Below are positions 33,107 to 38,749 of a stretch of DNA of 38,749 bases, piece after piece. This DNA is from Octopus bimaculoides. Taxonomy: Eukaryota. The notes under the pieces are model-generated. The model was not told the origin of the DNA. It saw nothing but the letters and a program-made list of their open reading frames with translations, and did not search any database. The position numbers and the translations under genes are program-made. Where the stretch lies: positions 82,566,863 through 82,605,611 of the forward strand of contig NC_068982.1 of the NCBI RefSeq assembly GCF_001194135.2, written 5' to 3'. The stretch's first letter is position 1. Each line of letters starts with the position of its first letter.

Positions 33107-34932
33107 ATATAAATGAGTAACGAAGATGTACAGGTGTCAATTCGTTACGGCCGTTTCAAGCGACTCCTTTAATTGATTAATGAAAACATTACATCATTGC
33201 AATGAAACCGTTTTTGTCAGATGACTGCTTAGACTTCAAACCCAAAGGACAAGACAACTGCTTTAATATATTTGCATCACCAGTAGATATCAAATATTTA
33301 CATTGATTCTGCTGCTATATCTGTGGCAGAATGAGCTTAGAAAATAGCCTATATGGTGTCTGACCTACTAGAATTTAGAGGTTAGTAGAGGTTACAGTTG
33401 GGGAGGGGGTATAATCGAGTGCAGTGACCTAGTTACCTACATTTTGAAGACAATAGGGGGAATGTTGACTTCAATCATCCAAAATTAAATCTTTTGAGAG
33501 TTGTAGCTGTATTCTAGATAAAGAGGATATAAATTAATTAATATCATGACAACCTACTAGACTATCTAAGTACTGGAATCTTATATCCGGCTTTGTTTAT
33601 ACCAAAAGGCAAGGCTTGGGCTGGTAAAAAAGGGGGAATGTCTGATGGGGAAGGGGTGATGGTTGGAAGAAAGAAGGATAGAAAGAGCTAATAATACATA
33701 TTTTATTGTCATCTTAAAGGGGAAGATATTGAAAAGCTAAAAGAATAAGAATTAGAAATTAGGGGTGGAAGATTAGTTCAGAAAATAATGGAAGCAGCAC
33801 ATCGTAACTTAGCATATTTATAATGTTAAAGTAAAACTAACAATTAAATATATAGATGAACGCTAGAAGTTACACCTAAAATTTTAATAAGGGGTTAGTT
33901 TAAGATATAAGAGAAATATTAAGACTTTTCATAAATGTAGTGTATAGAATATTCTGATAAAATATTATATGATGAACGTATAACAGAAATATTTATAATA
34001 TAAATAGATATTTATAGTATGCAATTAAACTGATATTAAAACCATTCCCATCAAATGAGGGTGGGTAAAGATACGATATAGTAAGAAATGAGATCTAATG
34101 TATACGGTAATTAGAGATATTAAATATATAAAGGAGTACATTCAGATTCAAGATTTAAACAAATTTAGTCCTATAATCCGATAATGAATATCATGTATAA
34201 TTGAAAAATATAATTATATAAGATTACAGTATACAGTGAATTTTATGAAAAGGTATAAATTTTCACAAATTTATAAGCTATAAAAGCCATAAAAATATGA
34301 GGATATATAAAGGCATGAAGTTATAAAATAAAAGATATAAGAATTTATGAGATATAATGTGTAATTAAAAAATATATAATAAAATGAAGTATAAAAACCA
34401 TGAAAATATATAAAAGGGTATATAAAAGCATAGAATATTTAAAAAATTATAAAATATAAGAAAAATGTTTTTGAAATGCTTTTACGAACGTATAAAAAGA
34501 TGATATAAAAAGGTATAAAAATATGTAAAGAAAGATATAAGATAAACAATTTTTTTTTAATCTTTTATAACGGTATTGGTATATAGAAAAAGTTATAGCT
34601 GGAATATTATTGTTAATACAAGATAAAGTAAAATATGAATATACCAGGTTTTAATACAGACAAAATTATCTTTGAAAATGGGTTTATAAGATATATCTAA
34701 AGTACATCAATGAAAATGATCGAAGTAGAATAGTAACAGGTCTTAGAGGGTATATTTTATATTTAGGGGAGGTGCGAATTTTAAAAATTCATTAAAAACA
34801 TAAATGTATTATTTATCAACCATGATGGATCCTCTATTCACCATGATGTAATGTTTTCATTAATCAATTAAAGGAGTCGCTTGAAACGGCCGTAATGAAG
34901 TGACACCTGTATATTTTTGTTACTCATTTATA
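33107..34932 (+). mobile_element. 1.8 kb element with ~90 bp terminal inverted repeats; the interior looks like a heavily decayed Penelope GIY-YIG tail plus an A-rich 3' region (PLE4)
   Basis: 33107-33197 is the reverse complement of ~34842-34932 with about 6 mismatches. Frameshifted interior reads SNPKDKT..., C-x-x-C-G, AY(I)G-LT-TRNLEV, SSAVT, ILDKED and VLES-YIR. The inverted repeat is certain; the PLE identity is inferred. Confidence 0.6.
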
Positions 34933-35251
34933 TTTTATTCGCCTACCCTGCAATATGCACTTTGGAAATATTATAGAAAGTATTTTTGTAGTTTCATATA
35001 AAGTACATGTTTGAACAACCAAGAGCGGATCTGTTCACTAAGTTGGGTCGTGTTATCTACATACACTGCAAGACTATCAACTTCAAACACTTCCGCACAG
35101 AGTTTGATATTCACCTTATAATGTTTGGATGTGAAAATTAGATCGACCTAACTGGGTGCCTCAATTTAAGTACCTAATTCAAACGAATCTTAATTATATA
35201 TATATATATNNNNNNNNNNNNNNNNNNNNNNNNNNNNNNNNNNNNNNNNNN

Positions 35252-35268
35252 GTGTGCTCTTCCGATCT
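35252..35268 (+). other. Illumina TruSeq adapter/read-2 primer remnant (assembly artefact)
   Basis: Exact GTGTGCTCTTCCGATCT immediately after an N gap. Confidence 0.95.
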
Positions 35269-35349
35269 TATATATATATATGGAGTGTAACTAGAAGCAT
35301 TATCGTAGGGTCATTTAGGCATCGTCTGTGAGAAAAATAGCACCATGAC

Positions 35350-35990
35350 GCAATTCACTTTGCCATAAATTTGAAAACGACATGCTGTACTGCTTGACAT
35401 TCACGTCGGAAGCTCCAATACGGAGATTTCAGAGTGTTAGGTGTCAATCCGAGTCCCCAAAACATGTACCGAGGGTGATAAAAATCAAACATTCAGTCAA
35501 CATAATGGTGTTTGGAGTGATAACTAGTGATGGCGACGTTATGCCCCCATTTATCTTTCATCAAGATTTCAGAATCAACACGGAGGCCTACATCAAGTGC
35601 CTTGAGGAGGTAGTGCTACCCTGGGTCAAGAAGATGGCTGCTGGAAGACCGTATGTCTGACAACAGGGACTCTTCACCATGCCACACAAGCAGCAGAACA
35701 CAGTTATGGCTGTCATACAATTTCTGCGACCACATCACCCCTAACATCTGGCCACCTAACTCCTCAGACTGTAACCCCCTTGATTATTATGTGTGAGGCG
35801 CAGTTGAGCAAGAGAACAAAACAAAACTCCTTGTAACACGAAAGATGAACAGAAGGCAAAGATTATAGTAGCATTGACCAACTTAAACAAGTAGACTCTC
35901 CAGAAGAGCTGCAGGAGATTCCGAGGTGGGTGCATCCAATGGTGATTTTATTGAATAAATTTACTCTTTAGTATTTCAAGATATTTTAAT
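35350..35990 (+). mobile_element. Tc1/mariner-superfamily DD37D (maT) transposase remnant with internal deletion
   Basis: Reads VMVFGVITSDGDVMPPFIF..INTEAYIKCLEEVVLPW..GRPYV*QQ-DSSPCH..WPPNSSDCNPLDYYV. There are 37 residues between the second and third catalytic Asp. Confidence 0.85.
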
Positions 35991-36769
35991 GTAATTTCGG
36001 TAAATATATCTATTAAAATGAGATGCAAAGTGAATTTCACTTATGCGAAATATAGACAACAAATCATTCACCGCATCCTACGTATGTATGTATGTATGTA
36101 TGTATGTATGTATGTGTGTATGTATGTATGTATGTATACACACACACACACACACACACACATNNNNNNNNNNNNNNNNNNNNNNNNNNNNNNNNNNNNN
36201 NNNNNNNNNNNNNNNNNNNNNNNNNNNNNNNNNNNNNNNNNNNNNNNNNNNNNNNNNNNNNNNNNNNNNNNNNNNNNNNNNNNNNNNNNNNNNNNNNNNN
36301 NNNNNNNNNNNNNNNNNNNNNNNNNNNNNNNNNNNNNNNNNNNNNNNNNNNNNNNNNNNNNNNNNNNNNNNNNNNNNNNNNNNNNNNNNNNNNNNNNNNN
36401 NNNNNNNNNNNNNNNNNNNNNNNNNNNNNNNNNNNNNNNNNNNNNNNNNNNNNNNNNNNNNNNNNNNNNNNNNNNNNNNNNNNNNNNNNNNNNNNNNNNN
36501 NNNNNNNNNNNNNNNNNNNNNNNNNNNNNNNNNNNNNNNNNNNNNNNNGAGAGAGAGAGAGAGTTGTGTATGCGTGTTTGCCAGTATGTATGTGTTTTTA
36601 TGTATGTATCAGGTTGAATAAAAAGTAAGCAACGTTTTGAAGCATGAAGAATTTGTACCAGATTTTTGCAGTATTATGAATTTTTTGAAACATTTTTTTG
36701 CAATTGTCTGATAATGCAGACCAAATACTTGACCAAATTCATCAATAAATTAATATTTTCGTTCGAGAT

Positions 36770-37200
36770 ATGGGCAATGGTTTCATCCACTCTATTACAG
36801 ATGCTGCACAGCGGAGGCATTTGCTCATTCCAAAGGTTGACCCTGTAGTTCGTGGCCAAAGCTTGGTTTTGCGCTACCCAGTATAGTGCTCTCGGTCTCT
36901 TTTTTTAGTGTCCCTTTCTTCAGCCAATTCCACCTATTTTTTACCAGCAACTTCTGTTATGGCAACATGGAATTGATTGTGTAGTCCCGTGTTACGTAAT
37001 TCTTCTTCATGTCCGTTTTGTACTACATTTTTGTTCTCCTTTTTTCTCTGCTTTCAATACTCTCTCATTCCTAACTAACACTAGTAAGGTTTCCTCAGTT
37101 TGGGCTAGATATCTCATTAAGCTCTCGAGTTCGATACGTACGAATTCGTCTACACTTATCAGTCCTCTTCCTTCATTTGGTCTCTTCACGTATAGGCATG
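36770..37200 (-). mobile_element. R4/Dong-clade non-LTR fragment A (RT C-terminus and CCHC knuckle)
   Basis: Reads LYVKRPNEGRGLISVDEFV..., WLKKGTLKKETES, QALATNY...CSICNRVDETIAHI. Confidence 0.8.
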
Positions 37201-37202
<2 letters not shown>

Positions 37203-37279
<77 letters not shown>

Positions 37280-37290
37280 ATTATTATTAT
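37203..37290 (-). repeat. (TAA)n tract between two R4/Dong copies
   Basis: Directly visible (TTA)n on the plus strand. Confidence 0.97.
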
Positions 37291-37294
37291 TACT

Positions 37295-38165
37295 TTCCTT
37301 CGTAACACAGTGTAGGTAAAAATGCACCGGAGTCTTTAGTCATCTGTCAAGTCACAACAAAGACCTCAGACAGATAATACTTTCCTTAAGATGTGCGCTG
37401 TGCCCAATAAGGCTGCTTTTTGCAAGACATCAATCTTGCATGGGATTTCAAGTTGTCTTAGGAAGTCTTGGTGTTCCAATGGGATTGAGCCCATCGCTCC
37501 TATCACCACTGGTATCACTTTTACATTACCCTCTCGCATTCCATACAGTCTTGCCATTTCCACTTTCAATTCGGAGCACTTGGTGATTTTTTTAACGTCT
37601 TTACTCACAACATTCATGTATTTGTCTCTCTTATTCTATATGACAATATCCGGCCGACGATTAAACGATTCGTCTGAAAATCATAGTCCCAGAGTACCGT
37701 TACTTTTTCATCCTCCTGCATAACTTTACTTGATACATGGTCATACCAGTTCTCTGTTACTTCATATTGGTATTTACGGCATAAGAGCCAATGAAGATAC
37801 ACACATACTTTATCGTGGCGTCGCTTTATTCTTTTTGCGCAAGGCTCTCACATCCACTTAGCAAGTGGGTCACATTTTCCACGCTCTTTCCACAGAGTCT
37901 GCATTTCTGGGTGTCAGAAGTTTTATAGATGTTATTCTTTACTGACTTGGTGGCGAGATCCTGGTCTTGTGCAGCAATGATCAGGCTTTCAGTGGTACGC
38001 TTCAAATCGCCCAAGCTATGCCCACGATGGTGTATTATTCTTAACGTCCTGTGTGTTCCATTCAAACTGTCAATGCATTCTTATTCCAAGAGATATCTTC
38101 TTTTCTCTTCTCCTCAGCTCATTGGTAAAACTCTTCCTTGCCTTTAATCTGCATTTGCACCCATA
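37295..38165 (-). mobile_element. R4/Dong-clade non-LTR fragment B (CCHC, restriction-like endonuclease, 3' end)
   Basis: Reads GDLKRTTESLIIAAQDQ, CRLCGKSVENVTHLLSGC..LAQKE(Y)KRRHDKV, LWDYDFQT..RRPDIVI and VIPVVIGAMG...LQKAALLGTAHILRKVL*. Confidence 0.88.
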
Positions 38166-38169
38166 TTTT

Positions 38170-38525
38170 CGTGCAGTGCTACGGAGAAGCGCTACTCGTT
38201 CGAGATAAACTTTCCAGGCACGGAAGTGCGAGGTTCGCTCAGAGCAATGAAACGTTCTGCACGCACTCGTCCAGTGCCCGAGCATTGCTGACCTGTGGGT
38301 TTATGTTGAACAGCTGCTGTCGCGTGTAGTACAGTTCCGGCTATCAGCTGGATCCATAGTGAAGATTGCCCCGCCGGCCTCCTTTAACTGAGAGGGACAG
38401 GCAATTTTCATTTGCCTGGTGGCTGTAGCGAAAGAAATAGTATGCTGGACCTGTTTGAAAGGGCTAAAGTTAGACACTTTCCTCTTTGGCCAAGGCGTCA
38501 TCAACCTTTTTTTGTTTTATACCAC
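38170..38525 (+). mobile_element. Tx1/L1-like LINE C-terminal (zf-RVT) fragment
   Basis: Frameshifted QCY.EAL.VRDKLSRHGS..AQSNET.LHALVQCPSIADLWVYVEQLL...VAVAKEIVCWT.LKGL. Confidence 0.6.
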
Positions 38526-38599
38526 GTGCTTTCTTGTATATGTATATATGTATATATGTGTGTGTTTGCGTGTGTGTTTGCGCGCGTGTGTGTGTGTGT

Positions 38600-38635
<36 letters not shown>

Positions 38636-38749
38636 GTAATAAATGTATGGAAATTTGTATGTACGAATATATGCATATATAAACATGTATAGTAATGTAT
38701 ATACATGTATGTAAATAAACACGTTTAAATATATGAACGTATATATATA

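Noticed and set aside
33700-34800. AT-rich skewed tract as a NUMT, viral or Polinton fragment
   Set aside because: There are no mitochondrial gene, tRNA or viral protein motifs and no long ORFs; it is better explained as a PLE A-rich 3' region.
1367-38722. The many ORFs rich in HT/CV/YI/SL/RE dipeptides or X runs
   Set aside because: They are translations of microsatellites and N gaps, not proteins.

Overview
This window is eukaryotic, AT-rich, repeat-saturated intergenic or intronic DNA from a gapped short-read assembly. The SINE families and dense (CA)n/(TA)n/(TACA)n microsatellites look like an octopod cephalopod (Octopus-like); the taxon is inferred from recalled repeat sequences, not from a database search. 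I can support no intact host gene, rRNA, tRNA or CRISPR array, and most ORFs in the track are microsatellite or N-gap artefacts. The content is decayed mobile DNA: four Penelope-like elements (PLEs) plus a solo PLE-type end, RTE, CR1, R4/Dong and Tx1/L1 LINE fragments, a Helitron helicase remnant, a Chapaev3-type and a DD37D (maT) DNA transposon, two SINE families, a MITE and a foldback. The most interesting signals are: (1) minimal, probably dimer-type hammerhead ribozyme motifs at PLE ends, some intact and some variant, including one carried in inverted terminal copies of a cryptic PLE that mimics a TIR element; (2) head-to-head, twin-priming-like inversions in non-L1 LINEs (RTE, CR1); (3) a SINE and a CR1 LINE that share a 3' tail and hairpin; (4) tandem R4/Dong copies separated by a (TAA)n tract. 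An Illumina adapter remnant is also present. I found no clearly new biological system; the PLE hammerhead variants are the best leads.
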